Counted from the stretch's first letter, positions 13,001-23,629 are shown. The stretch: DNA of 64,000 nt from Lingula anatina (GCA_051362555.1 CM120643.1:19658848-19722847); one strand, 5' to 3'. The notes: a model not told the origin generated them from the sequence alone. Numbers and translations are program-made.

Positions 13001-15410
13001 AACTACACAATAACTAAACAGTAACTGAGAAGAACATCTCATGGTGAACAAAGACCTTGTTTTGTATATATAAATCACAATATTAACAAATACGTATTGG
13101 CAAAGACTACAATAATTCCCCTTTTCAGGCCCACCATGTCATGGACCAAGTCAGTGAAGGAGTTCTATCAGAATATGACCAATCCTCTATACAATGCCAC
13201 GGCAGATGCCTATGCTCCCATGTTTGCCTGTGACTTCATTAACTTCCTCATCATCATGTTTGGGTACTGGGCATTTGGACCACCTGTAAGTATACACCTC
13301 CCATGGCACATGGCATATTCTGATAGAAATAGTCCCAAAGTCCCAAAAGATGGTCCCAAAGATTATAGTTAGTATCTTGATGTTTAAGGTTTTGGGATTA
13401 TTGCATGATTTGTAAGTTGGATCCTTAATTTAAAGGGATAATAACTCTTCGTATGATATCTATATTTCACAATAAAAACATTGTGAACAACTCATAGAAA
13501 TATAATATATTCTGTTTTACCACAAAAACGTCAGTTATAGCTATTATTCTCATATCTGAGCTTGTCTTCAGATCACGTGACCTCCATTGATGGCTGTACT
13601 CAGTTATAATCTCTTAAGAGATTTTAACAAAAAAACAAACTTTTTAGAAAAAAACCAGGGACTAATTTTGAATATAAAAATGGATTCATTAACCATTGGT
13701 AAGTATGGGAAAATTGTTGTTTACTCCAGGAAAATTCATTTTTTGGCCAAAACGAAGAGTTATTATCCCTTTAATTGCTTTTTTTTGCCATTGAAAAGAT
13801 GAGAGTAATCCTTTTTGCTTCAATTGATTGATAGATTTAAAGAAATTGAATATCAAGACATAAGATGGATTTAAGACAATATTTAAACTTCCAGACTGCA
13901 GCCAGTGGGGATGCCTCCAGTGTGGCTACATATATATCAGAAAACAGGGTAAGCATGAAAACATAAGAACCAGACTTAGCCCTTTCAAACTTTTTTCTGC
14001 TCCTGGCAAGAAATAATTTTCTTCAGTAGTACGAATTGAAATATATACTCAGACTTTTTTAAAATTAAAATCAGAAATGTGTTTTTTTTTTCTTGAGTTT
14101 TTACTGGCTTCAGTTGCTCTTTGGTCATAAGACCATCAAGCTTCCAACTTTTTTTTTTCAAACAACCCCAAATCCTCCTTGTACACCATATTAATGTCAG
14201 TTTGGCTCTTGGACTTGCCATTTTCTATTACAATAATTCAGTAAGGATTTATCAAACAGTCCTAAAGGCATTTGCTCTTGTGACCATTCTAGATCCCATG
14301 GCCATTCCTGGTCATGCTGATTGTCCAGTTTGTCCTGATAGTGGTGGACAGAGCTCTGTACCTGAAGAAGGACGTGTTTGGCAAGTTTGCGTTCCAGATT
14401 ATCCTGGTCCTGGTGCTACATATTTGGGTATTCTTTGCTCTGCCTGCTATCACTGAAAGGTGAGATGGTGTGTGGGTGTTTGTGTATGTGTATGTGTATG
14501 TGTGCACCCCTGTATGAGTGTGAGAGAGCAAGAGAAAGAGAGAGAGAGAGCAATAGAGAAAGGATAAAAGTACAATCTTTTCACTAAGACCACATTCAGA
14601 TTCACACATCTGTGGGGGATTCTCACTATAGTGCAATCAGGGGAATAAGTTTCTCAAGCAGAGGGGGGGGGATAATTATCTACTGTGTGCTTATGAAGCT
14701 GATTCCACTGACTGCACTTTAGGCAAAATCCTTTGCAGAGTTGGATTAACACAGCTAGTGTGATGAGTGAATATGAATGCACCCTAAGTGTACCTCAGAA
14801 AATGAGACTTAGGAAGGAAAGAAATTTTGGTAGTCTAGCATGACAAATTAAAGTTACTTGACAAATTATAAAAATAATTTGACATCTTGCTTTTGTTTCA
14901 GAAAATTTGTAGACAATGTCCCAGCTAATCTATGGTACTTTGTGAAGTGTGTTTACTTTGGGTTGTCTGCCTATCAGATCAGATGTGGCTATCCGACCAG
15001 AATCCTGGGCAACTTCCTCACCAAGTCCTACAACTACCTCAACCTCTTCTTATTCAAAGGGTGAGTATTTAACTAGGTTTTTCTTTATATTGCAAAATTG
15101 CAGAACTTATTTTATTCAAAACTGGTTGGAAGAGGTTGTTTTTTCCTCTGTGGTCATATTTTGTCGTCAAACTATTTATCAGCAGGTATTTTATGTCTAT
15201 CACTTTTGTCTTTCTGCTTTCACACATACACATTAGCACGCACGCAAGCAACCATGGGTGTACAGCACACACATACACTAGTTTTCACACTGATAAATGT
15301 ATTTGTCATATTTTTCTTGTTTTTATTTCCGTTCCTCTGGAATTCCTCTGTTTGGTAATCAAGTTTCAGTCAAGCACCCCAATATCACTTCAGTGATTCA
15401 TTCTTTTAGT

Positions 15411-15480
<70 letters not shown>

Positions 15481-15754
15481 GCATTTTCTCACTGATAAAT
15501 GCAAATGTACATGTATGATAAATGTATGAAATACTTGATTATTTCAGCTTTCTGGCCATCCCGTTCTTGCTGGAGTTGCGTGCTCTGATGGACTGGATCT
15601 GGACAGACACCACCCTGGCGCTGGGCAGCTGGCTGCAGATGGAGGATATCTACGCCAATATCTACGTCCTCAAGTGCTGGAGGACTGCAGAAGATGTGAG
15701 CAGAGATGTTCTTTTATTATTATTTATTTAAATTCGTATTTATTTTCTTTTTAA

Positions 15755-15798
<44 letters not shown>

Positions 15799-17026
15799 GC
15801 AGTAGTTATAGTGAACTAGTTTGTGAGAGTGCCAAATTGAACAAATGCATAACTGTTTTATATAACTTTATTAAAATTACTGTAAGTCAAATGCGTACAA
15901 ATATTGCACAAAATGTGTGCATCACTGATGTGACTCATCTGTTCACTTTTTTTTTAATTTTACAATTATGAAGTGAAGATATTATACCACCTATTTATTT
16001 ATTTATTTATTTAATTTCAGAAATACCCCACACCTAGAGGCAACCCACGGCGAGCGATAGTGAAATACGGATTTGGTGGCTTGGTGCTTTTCCTCATCAT
16101 CTTCATCATCTGGTTCCCGCTGGTCCTCTTCTCCTTCGCCAACACTGTATACCTGCCCAACCCTCCCATAGAGTGCAGGATCTCTGTGGAGCTGGCAGGA
16201 TATCTGGTAGGTGATAAAAGGACTAGAATTCTGAGTAAAAGAGTACAATTAGTAATAATGAATTCGCTAGACACAGTTGTTATTCGGACAAATATCAGGT
16301 AGGTAAGGTTGAAATATATTATTCTCTTTTCTGGAACATTTCTTCAAATGATCAGAAAATGTTCACTAGTAAAAATGACTATAACTTACTTAAAAATGAG
16401 ATGGCAGGTAATTATGGTGCTTGTATAGCATATTCATATGACCATCCTGACTAAAGTTTCATACTAATCAAATTTCCTGTATGAGCCATAAAATACTAAA
16501 TTTATTCATACCAAGCAGTATTCAGCATGGCACAAAATATGAGGGGCACTGTAAGGGATGTATAAACCTGGATGTCTTCACTGGATTAACTCCTGATTTC
16601 CTTTCCAGCCCCTGTACCAGATGAATGCCCAGCCGGGCCAGATCTACCAGTTCACAGACCAGGATTACAGGACACTGCAGGATAACTATAAAATGGATAA
16701 CGTAAGGCTGCATGCAAGGCATTTTTGTGTTATATATAACCCCAACTCTCTATTATGTTATCCTGTTATCTCATTTCTTTGTGGAATTCTACCTGAATGT
16801 GGCAAAGACATTGCTGTTTAAGTTTGTGTTAAGAATATGTTACAAGAATATAATCAATAATGATAATAATGTTTACACATATTACTTTTAAAAGAAGTAG
16901 TAGTTGTAACAGTTACTCTAGTAGTAGTAGTAGTTATAGTTGCACTATATTAAGTTTTTTTATTATTATTATTGTTATAATTATTATCATTGTTTATTAT
17001 TTTTAAATTATCATTATCATCATATT

Positions 17027-17117
<91 letters not shown>

Positions 17118-20100
17118 ATGTCCAAGCATTCCTGAGTATCTATGAGGCCAAGGATACAGTGAGGATAGAAGTCCTGGGGACGTCCACCGCCACCTGGGCC
17201 ATCAGCCCACCCACCATGATGGACATGGTGAAGGACCTGAACGACACGAAGAAGGACATCAAGATCAGGCTGAAGGTGGAGATGATCAGGTGATGAAGGA
17301 GTTCTTGGTAACGAGATGGAGGTCTTGTGGATTTATCTGGGAATAGGGATGTTTGGGTGTTCAAATGATGCCTCCAAGACCTCCTACCCCCATAAAGAAT
17401 GGCACTTCCCTCGAATGCTTGCATTTTCAGGGTTTTTTTTCTTTTTTTTTCAAAATAAAGAAAGGTCCACTTTCATCTCTGTTGGCACTTAGGCTAAGGC
17501 CTAAGGACATTGCTGACAAAATTGTTTTAGTTTCATCTTATTATAATGGACATTTGATTGTAGCCCCACCACCAGTATAATCAAGGTAAAATTTTCATGA
17601 AATAAATGTGGAGAGCTGAAGAAAAAAAAGGAAAGTAATGTATATGAAACTGGTTGCAATTCAAGTAGTAGGTGCACGTAATGGAAGTAGTTTTTGAAAA
17701 TTAAGCAATTAAAAGACAGTTTTAACTCTAGGTTACACTTTGAAAACACCAGGTAAAAGTTAGGTAATCAAATTCTAACGTTGTTATCTATAAATTTACC
17801 TGGATAGATGACCTTGAATCAGCCTATGAATAAAATATAGATAGAAAGATATTGCTAAGACATACGAGTTACTGAGGATTCAACAATAGTTACATGTTAA
17901 TGTCTAGATATTCTGTGATACATTTCTATTTTCTGGCTGTCATTTTTCCAGGGATCCAAAAAAAGGCCAGTCAGCCAACATCATCAGTCAGTGGTTTGAG
18001 CAGCCACTCAATAAAAGTCAAAGAATCGAACTTGCAAGGATTGTTAATACTAGTAATACATTTGGAAGTTTGGGCAGTATGTAAGTACATCTAGGCTTGC
18101 ACGCAATTTGTTAAATTGACACATGGTAATACATTTGGAAATTTTGACAGTAGCTTTGGTCACATTTTTTTTATATATATAATTTGAACAGTGCAGGTGT
18201 ACAGTAGTTGGACATAGGGAAAATATTTTGCACTGTGATCAAACTGTGTATAATCAGGCCTGTACAGGGGGGGTGTGGGGTCTACGAACCACCCTTTTTG
18301 CAGGGAGTGGTCTGCTCTGGATAAAAATTGATCTACATACATGAAGGCTTAATGGTAAAAGGTCCACTATTTCAGGAAAAGAGCTCCCAATTTCAGGATG
18401 GAATCGCTGATAACGGGCCTGATAATAATAATTCTTATCAAACTAGTTGTAAGTGCATACAGGAGCACATTTCAGTGTCTTCAAATCAAGATTTGATCTA
18501 GTTATCTCCGCCAAGGAGGTTATGTTTTCAACCCTGTTTGTCTGTCTTTCTGTCCGTCATCAACATAACTCAAAAACTTACGGACCGATTTTGATGAAAT
18601 TTTCAGGAACTGTCAGAAGTGGGCCAAGGAACAGATGATTAGTTTTTGGTGGTGATCCGGATCAATAATCAATCAATAATAATAATAATAATAATAAATT
18701 GCTGCCCTGGCGGAGGTCTGGGCTCTCGGAGTGCTTTTCTAGTTGGCAATATATTTATTCTCAATTTCAGATATGTGTTGAGGCTCCTTCCAAAGTTTCT
18801 CCAAGTCCCTGTGAATGGACGACCGTCAGAAGTCCGTGCTCTTAAAGGTACAATAGAACCAAGTGTTGGTGGAGCATGGATTCCCAGTAAAGCAAATAAA
18901 CCACTTCTGCAGTGTGCTAGTTTCTTATACGACTAAAATAAAGTCAACATGCTAAGGGATAAACTGAATTAATCATTTGATCAGACATAAAAGAGCCTTA
19001 AACCGCACCTTCTTCAAAGTTTTGGTCATAAATTTGGCCTGCTTATCTGACCAACTTATCTGCCTGTTAATATACATGTACAGCACAGAAGGCAAACAGA
19101 AAAATCTGTTCAAATATCATTTTTCAAGTAATACGGAACAATGTCTTTTGGTATTTCTCTAAGTTATACCATTTCAAACGATATGGTCGCATTCAGTCTG
19201 TTTTTGAGGCAAAAAAATGACCTCAAATGCATCTTTAAAAATGATAGTAAGACTTTATTAACAAGAGAGACAGGGCTATACAGTGTATGTACCTTTAGCA
19301 TATTTTAACAGCAGGCTCACTGTAAACACAATAATGGTCTCTCGTTGGGGATCAGTGATTGCATACTGGATCTCATTTTAGTTTTTCATGTACACTTTGA
19401 CAATGGTTATCACATGGACCATGCACAACACATATTTTAAGCCACATAAAAACGGTTTGACATTGCTCAATATACTAATCATCCAGTCCCATATACAATT
19501 TGATAATACACTGTCCATATACCCTTTCTAGAAGGAAGTCCTCTCCCCACCAACATCAGCCTGACCCTGAAGAGAGGGGACGTCTTCAACAATGAGAGTA
19601 CCAGTGCTGAGTGGTGGGAGGTTCAGGAGTTTGTCAGAGGGAGATACAACCTGAACTCAAATGACAAACTGGTTAGAAGAGATTACCTGACACTGGTGGC
19701 CTTCAGTGAGAGGGTGGCACCTCCTGGGTTTGATTTGCTCACAGGATATGGGTAAGTGTGGTTGAGTGTGTTGGGTGAGAGGCTGAGTGTGGTAGGTGAG
19801 AGGCTGAGTGTGGTAGGTGAGAGAGAGGAGTGTGATAGATGAGAGAAGTTTAGTAGGTGAGAGGCTGGGTGTGGTAGGTGAGAGGCTGAGTGTGGTAGGT
19901 GAGAGAGAGGAGTGTGATAGATGAGAGAATTTTAGTAGGTGAGAGGCTGGGTGAGGTAGGTGAGAAGCTGAGCATGTTAGGTGAGAGGCTGACTGTGGTA
20001 AGTGAGAGGCTTAGTGTGGTAGATGAGAGAGAGGAGTGTGATAGGTGAGAGACGGTGTGATAGGTGAGAGGCTGAGTGTGGTAAGTGAGGCTTAGTGTGG

Positions 20101-23100
20101 TAGGTGAGAGAGAGGAATGTGATAGGTGAGAGACAGAGTGTGGTAAGTGAGAGGCTTAGTGTGGTAGATGAGAGAGAGGAGTGTGATAGGTGAGAGACAG
20201 TGTGATAGGTGAGAGGCTGAGTGTGGTAAGTGAGAGGCTTAGTGTGGTAGGTGATAGAGAGAGAAGTGTGATAGTTGAGAGAAGTGTAGTAGGTGAGAGG
20301 CTGAGTGTGGTAGATGAGAAATGTATTCTTATGGTGGTTTCAATTGGTGGTTACAGAATGCATGTTTATACATGTGAATACATCTATGGTCTGTTGGGAG
20401 GGGGGGTAAATGGTGTGCATGTACATGTGTGTGTATGTTCTTTTCTAAAGGAGCTGATAAGTGTTTTTGTGTTTTGAACAGGTGAGGGCCTTGAGTTTTG
20501 GACAGTTGTTCTATTGACTTGTGAGCATGGCATGCCAGCTTTTTTGCTTGTTCATGTACATGTGAATGTTTTATTTGAGAATATTTACAGTATATGCTGT
20601 GATAACTTTTTGTATTTTTTAAAGATTTTGAAGATAATGAATGACAATTAAAATTCTTTTTAATGCTGTCACTTCATCTAAGCAACCATTGTTTACATCC
20701 TCTATGTTTCTTATAACTCTGCTTTATCTATCATGCATTGCAACATTTCTCTTCTATTGATTATGATGTTATCTTTTAAATTCAATAGAATTAAGTTTAT
20801 ATTTTTATTTTTTGTTGTTGACAATGCACTTCAGTTTGATAGCTCCCCCCTGCCCATCTCGATCAAATCCCCTTCCCCTGGGTTATCCTGAAGTATTATG
20901 CATTCACCATTTAGTTTTTTTTATCTTGTTTTACATGCCAGTGAGTTAGATCTGTCTTCTAATGATGGTTTCTATGAGTTTGCATGATTTTCAACTTTAA
21001 ACTGCTTTTGATTTCACATTTTTTACACTCAGAAATACTGTGACTTTTTAATGTTGCATCATTTTTCTATTAATGTGTTTTTTAATTTTAAAGTTAAGAA
21101 ATATTTGAATTTTAAGATTATAAGCATTTTAAAGTTGTGTTCACAGTGGAACTAAGATAGACCCTTCAGTGACTTGATGACGTCACCCAACAACCATATC
21201 ATGAAACCAGTGTTTTTAGTGTCTGAGGCAGGGTGGATTTTAGTTACATCATAATTTTGCCAGATGCCAAAGATGATCCACATTTGTTTAAAAAGAATAA
21301 TTATTTTATGTTGACAATTACTTGCTATTTTGACTCAAAATTGTGATTGGCTAATTGTTTTCAGCAGTTGAGCTGAAGGAAAATTTAAGCTAGAATGAAC
21401 CCTGTGTTACAATCCTTACAGAATCTGGCTGTCTTGTGACATCATATAGTCTACAACAGGTCTTAGTTTGTCCTCATTTGACCAAAGCAAGGCTCTAACA
21501 CCTTGTGTTTTTACTTCAGTGTTGATATGTTGTATGGTTTTATCCTTATTGTTTCCCAGTGGATGACGCATGGTTTCAGAATTACTTTGTTTTTTGTTCA
21601 ACTTCATGTTTCAATTTTTTTGGTTTTGAAAATGTAAGAATTAAGGCTGTTTTCAGCATGGTTTATATCAGTGTTGTCAATGTCTGTGTTTAGATGTGAC
21701 AGGAGAATATGAAGAATGATTAAGTGTCTTTTAATTGTCATATTACTTTTAATATTCATCAAAAGGTGTTATTTAATTTGCTGTAGGCAGTTATTGTATT
21801 AAAATACTATCCACGTGTTGAATTGCAGTAGATTTTTTTCTTGAATTGTTGAATTTCGTTTTTAAGAGAGTGTTAGTTAAAACAAGTGAAAACATCAACA
21901 AATTGAAAGTCAGTTATATACATGTACTTAAGTTATAAAAATATTGTACAAAATGTTTTATTTATTTATTTTATTATTATTATTTTTTTTGTATTTATTT
22001 ATTTTTATTATTATTATTTTTTTTTTTTGCAAAATTGAAAATTGACAGTTATATTAATAGCATAGCAGTACTTATTGTTCTTTGCTGCTCACAGGGCTGT
22101 CAATTATTTTACCATGTTTAGTGACAGCTAATAAGAAGGGTATTATGTATGCCATTCATAAGTTCCCTCATGATCAACTTCTCATATGCCAATTGACCTG
22201 TTTCACACTGTCACAGTCTGTCCTCCATGTTATGTGCCCACTTTTACAGCATCATCGGCCTGTATCTCTCCTTCATTCTGGTCATTGGACGAATCTTCCG
22301 CTACAGCACCACTGGGCTTCTTTCTTGGATTATGTTCCGAGAACTGCCATACGTGGATCGAATTCTCAGCCTCTGTTTGAATATCTACCTTGTACGTGAG
22401 ATGAAGGATTTCAAGCTGGAAGAGGAGTTGCTGGCAAAGTTGTTGTTTGTGTATCGTTCTTCAGAGACGATGATTAAATGGACACGTCGACCCAAGCAGG
22501 ATTAACAACTGCCCATCACATTGAAATTTATAGATATGAGTCAAATGTAGTTTGAATCACAAGGTTGATTCTAATTGTTTGCTTAAAACTACTATTGTTT
22601 AAAGAAAGTTTTAGAAAGATTAAACGGCAGCTGAGCTCTATTTATAACTTACACAGTTTTATTATAAGATATTAGTCTCATTTCTAATGTTTTTACACGG
22701 TTTTTGTGTGTGCCTTTTTTCTTTTGAACTCTTTTCTTCCTTTAATATGTTGAGTAAAGGTTATTTCTTCCAACATATTCAGTGGATATTCTGTAGGTTT
22801 TATAAAAAAATGTAAAAATAGTTATTAGTTTATTAATAACTATTTAAGAAAGAATTTTTCTGCTTTTGACACCATTGTAATGTTTAAGGTATGCTCATCA
22901 AATTTGACTCTCTGATTATCAGTCCTAAGCTTTGTTAACTTTTGACTTAGATTGTTCTTTTCTATTTTGACACTCATTAGAGAAAGGAATATCAATATTT
23001 GTCCTTAGTATCTCCATAAGTAAATGAATGATCACACAGAAGTGCATTTTAAATTGTTACAGAAAATTTTGTTAACATGTGCTGTAGATAGACACTTGCA

Positions 23101-23629
23101 ATATTCTATAACATGTAAACTCCAAAAACTGTCATTAATGGCAGTGTCTTAAACTGCTTCCCCCCCCCCCCCCCCCATCCCCCCTCCCATCCCCCCCCCC
23201 CCCCCCTCCTTCTTTTACAACCACAATATTATGTACTGTAGATTTAAAGTTTTTTTTTTTATCATCAACACTTTCCCCTTTCCATCCCCCCCCCCTCTCC
23301 CCTCATTTCCCTTTCTAAATCCACTACTTTTTACTTGTATTATAATTTCACGTGAATTGTGCTGGTCTCGTTACAGTGTCATTGGCCTCTATATCTCCCT
23401 GGTATTTGTGGTGGGACAATTTGTAAGGACGTTCACCAGTGGCATGCACCGACAGATCATGTTTGAAGAACTCCCTTACGTAGACAACATCCTCAAACTG
23501 TGTCTGAATGTCTACTTGGTGCGGGAGTGTCGGGAGTTTATGTTAGAGGAAGACCTTTATGCCAAACTTATATTTTTGTATCGCTCTCCAGAGACAATGA
23601 TAAAATGGACCAAACTGAAGGAAAGCTAG
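6940..23629 (+). CDS. PIEZO: Piezo mechanosensitive ion channel, 3' portion of a multi-exon gene (5' exons lie upstream of the window)
   Basis: GT-AG exons join in one frame: 6940-7076, 7446-7535, 8326-8458, 8795-8958, 9554-9627, 9935-9997, 10250-10502, 10942-11124, [11340-11447 and/or 12182-12283], 12681-12850, 13129-13285, 13895-13948, 14293-14459, 14902-15060, 15548-15695, 16021-16206, 16609-16701, 17117-17289, 17952-18080, 18771-18847, 19532-19751, [22250-22505 or 23377-23629]. Piezo motifs: IRSGDYYMFE, KYLFQF, DRALYL, SAYQIRCGYP, PFLLELRALMDWIWTDT, IIWFPL, MFEELP, AKLIFLYRSPETMIKWT. Confidence 0.97.
7446..7535 (+). CDS. PIEZO: Piezo exon (LLTTALEQG...GEEQ)
   Basis: ctcag acceptor, gtagga donor, phase 0-0, open frame. 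Confidence 0.75.
8326..8458 (+). CDS. PIEZO: Piezo exon, low-complexity intracellular loop
   Basis: tctag acceptor, G/E-rich open frame, phase-1 donor gtgtct compatible with the next exon. Confidence 0.7.
8795..8958 (+). CDS. PIEZO: Piezo exon (KWQKVKNYLKLG...ISRDYRLVARILEREK)
   Basis: tttcag/gtaagg sites; helix resembles the Piezo SR.YR.V...L..EK segment. Confidence 0.88.
9554..9627 (+). CDS. PIEZO: Piezo small exon
   Basis: ttctag/gtaagt, phase 0-2, frame-compatible with neighbours. Confidence 0.72.
9935..9997 (+). CDS. PIEZO: Piezo small exon (VRIEVEPSSARDNMTLVHLE)
   Basis: tttcag/gtaaga, phase 2-2, 63 nt. Confidence 0.72.
10250..10502 (+). CDS. PIEZO: Piezo exon, transmembrane repeat (ELLCYFFMILNQM...PRPAKVFWITIITYTE)
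   Basis: Conserved Piezo TM motifs; tttcag/gtaagg. Confidence 0.95.
10942..11124 (+). CDS. PIEZO: Piezo exon (VVLKYLFQFEFFPWN...PRILGIEK...HRSVLK)
   Basis: Conserved motifs; ctccag/gtagga. Confidence 0.95.
11340..11447 (+). CDS. PIEZO: Candidate alternative Piezo exon (SYGFWRTKESLVEQFNKAHKMHQKKCVTRFKHRKSK)
   Basis: Pyrimidine tract plus ttgtag acceptor, gtaggt donor, 108 nt phase 0-0 with no stop; starts with the YG(F/L)W motif that follows HRS.L in Piezos; paralogous to 12182-12283. Confidence 0.6.
12030..12195 (+). repeat. Tandem copies of a Piezo splice acceptor plus exon start
   Basis: Repeated tag-ggttatggactgtg units. Confidence 0.85.
12182..12283 (+). CDS. PIEZO: Piezo exon (GYGLWKDEQSLEEDFRKAEASERSHPGSPEDENV)
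   Basis: ttttag/gtaaga, 102 nt phase 0-0; YGLW motif. Confidence 0.88.
12681..12850 (+). CDS. PIEZO: Piezo exon, acidic then polybasic loop
   Basis: tttcag/gtatgg; E-rich run followed by a K/R-rich run. Confidence 0.8.
13129..13285 (+). CDS. PIEZO: Piezo exon (ADAYAPMFACDFINFLIIMFGYWAFG)
   Basis: Conserved D.Y..MF..D and FG..AFG motifs. Confidence 0.95.
13430..13774. mobile_element. TTAA-flanked Kolobok-like MITE
   Basis: TTAA-AGGGATAATAAC...GTTATTATCCCT-TTAA; homologous to 35500-35810. Confidence 0.8.
13895..13948 (+). CDS. PIEZO: Piezo exon (TAASGDASSVATYISENR)
   Basis: ttccag/gtaagc, 54 nt, phase 0-0. Confidence 0.88.
14293..14459 (+). CDS. PIEZO: Piezo exon (IPWPFLVMLIVQF...DRALYLKK...LPAITE)
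   Basis: Conserved motifs; ttctag/gtgaga. Confidence 0.95.
14902..15060 (+). CDS. PIEZO: Piezo exon (WYFVKCVYFGLSAYQIRCGYPTRILGNFLTK)
   Basis: Highly conserved Piezo segment; tttcag/gtgagt. Confidence 0.97.
15414..15474. repeat. (CA)n microsatellite
   Basis: Direct read. Confidence 0.95.
15548..15695 (+). CDS. PIEZO: Piezo exon, anchor domain (PFLLELRALMDWIWTDTT, MEDIYANI)
   Basis: PF.E......W signature motif; tttcag/gtgagc. Confidence 0.97.
16021..16206 (+). CDS. PIEZO: Piezo exon, outer helix (KYGFGG...IIWFPLVLFS)
   Basis: Conserved outer helix; tttcag/gtaggt. Confidence 0.96.
16609..16701 (+). CDS. PIEZO: Piezo exon, cap domain (PLYQMNAQ...)
   Basis: ttccag/gtaagg, phase 0-0. Confidence 0.9.
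17031..17113. repeat. (TAT)n microsatellite abutting a Piezo splice acceptor
   Basis: Direct read; runs into cag at 17114-17116. Confidence 0.95.
17117..17289 (+). CDS. PIEZO: Piezo exon, cap domain (S.ATWAISPP)
   Basis: W.ISPP cap motif; attcag/gtgatg. Confidence 0.92.
17952..18080 (+). CDS. PIEZO: Piezo exon, cap domain
   Basis: ttccag/gtaagt, phase 2-2, open frame. Confidence 0.85.
18255..18421. mobile_element. MITE with CAGGCC.GT TIR and ataat duplication
   Basis: caggcctgt...acgggcctg flanked by ataat on both sides. Confidence 0.6.
18502..18743 (+). mobile_element. Short HINE/DINE-1-like element
   Basis: Homologous to 5915-6149. Confidence 0.75.
18771..18847 (+). CDS. PIEZO: Piezo exon, cap domain (YVLRLLPKFLQVP)
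   Basis: L.PK.. cap motif; tttcag acceptor; donor gtacaa lies inside a transposon end. Confidence 0.85.
18842..19238. mobile_element. TTAA-flanked Kolobok-like non-autonomous transposon overlapping a Piezo exon end
   Basis: TTAA-AGGTACA...TGCATCT-TTAA; colinear homolog at 58883-59266. Confidence 0.8.
19532..19751 (+). CDS. PIEZO: Piezo exon, end of cap (EWWEV...FSERVAPPGFDLLTGYG)
   Basis: EWW and FS.KV.P...L.GYG motifs; ttctag/gtaagt, ends phase 2. Confidence 0.94.
19752..20320. repeat. G/A-rich minisatellite (ggtaggtgagaggctgagtgt-like units)
   Basis: Starts at the donor of exon 19532-19751. Confidence 0.9.
22250..22505 (+). CDS. PIEZO: Piezo alternative last exon A: inner helix plus CTD (divergent)
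   Basis: ttacag acceptor, phase 2; GIIGLYLSFILVIGRIFR...IMFRELPYVDRILSLC...AKLLFVYRSSETMIKWTRRPKQD*. Confidence 0.88.
23377..23629 (+). CDS. PIEZO: Piezo alternative last exon B: inner helix plus CTD (closer to consensus)
   Basis: ttacag acceptor, phase 2; GVIGLYISLVFVVGQFVR...IMFEELPYVDNILKLC...LYAKLIFLYRSPETMIKWTKLKES*. Confidence 0.92.

Noticed and set aside
16940-17116. Poly-isoleucine ORF segment
   Set aside because: Translation of an intronic (TAT)n microsatellite.
20190-20477. Repetitive ORF (ERLSVVG repeats)
   Set aside because: Translation of the intronic minisatellite.
22250-22505. Exon A as part of a second, separate Piezo gene or a haplotig duplicate
   Set aside because: No other duplicated upstream exon set is present, and the divergence from exon B is far above allelic level.
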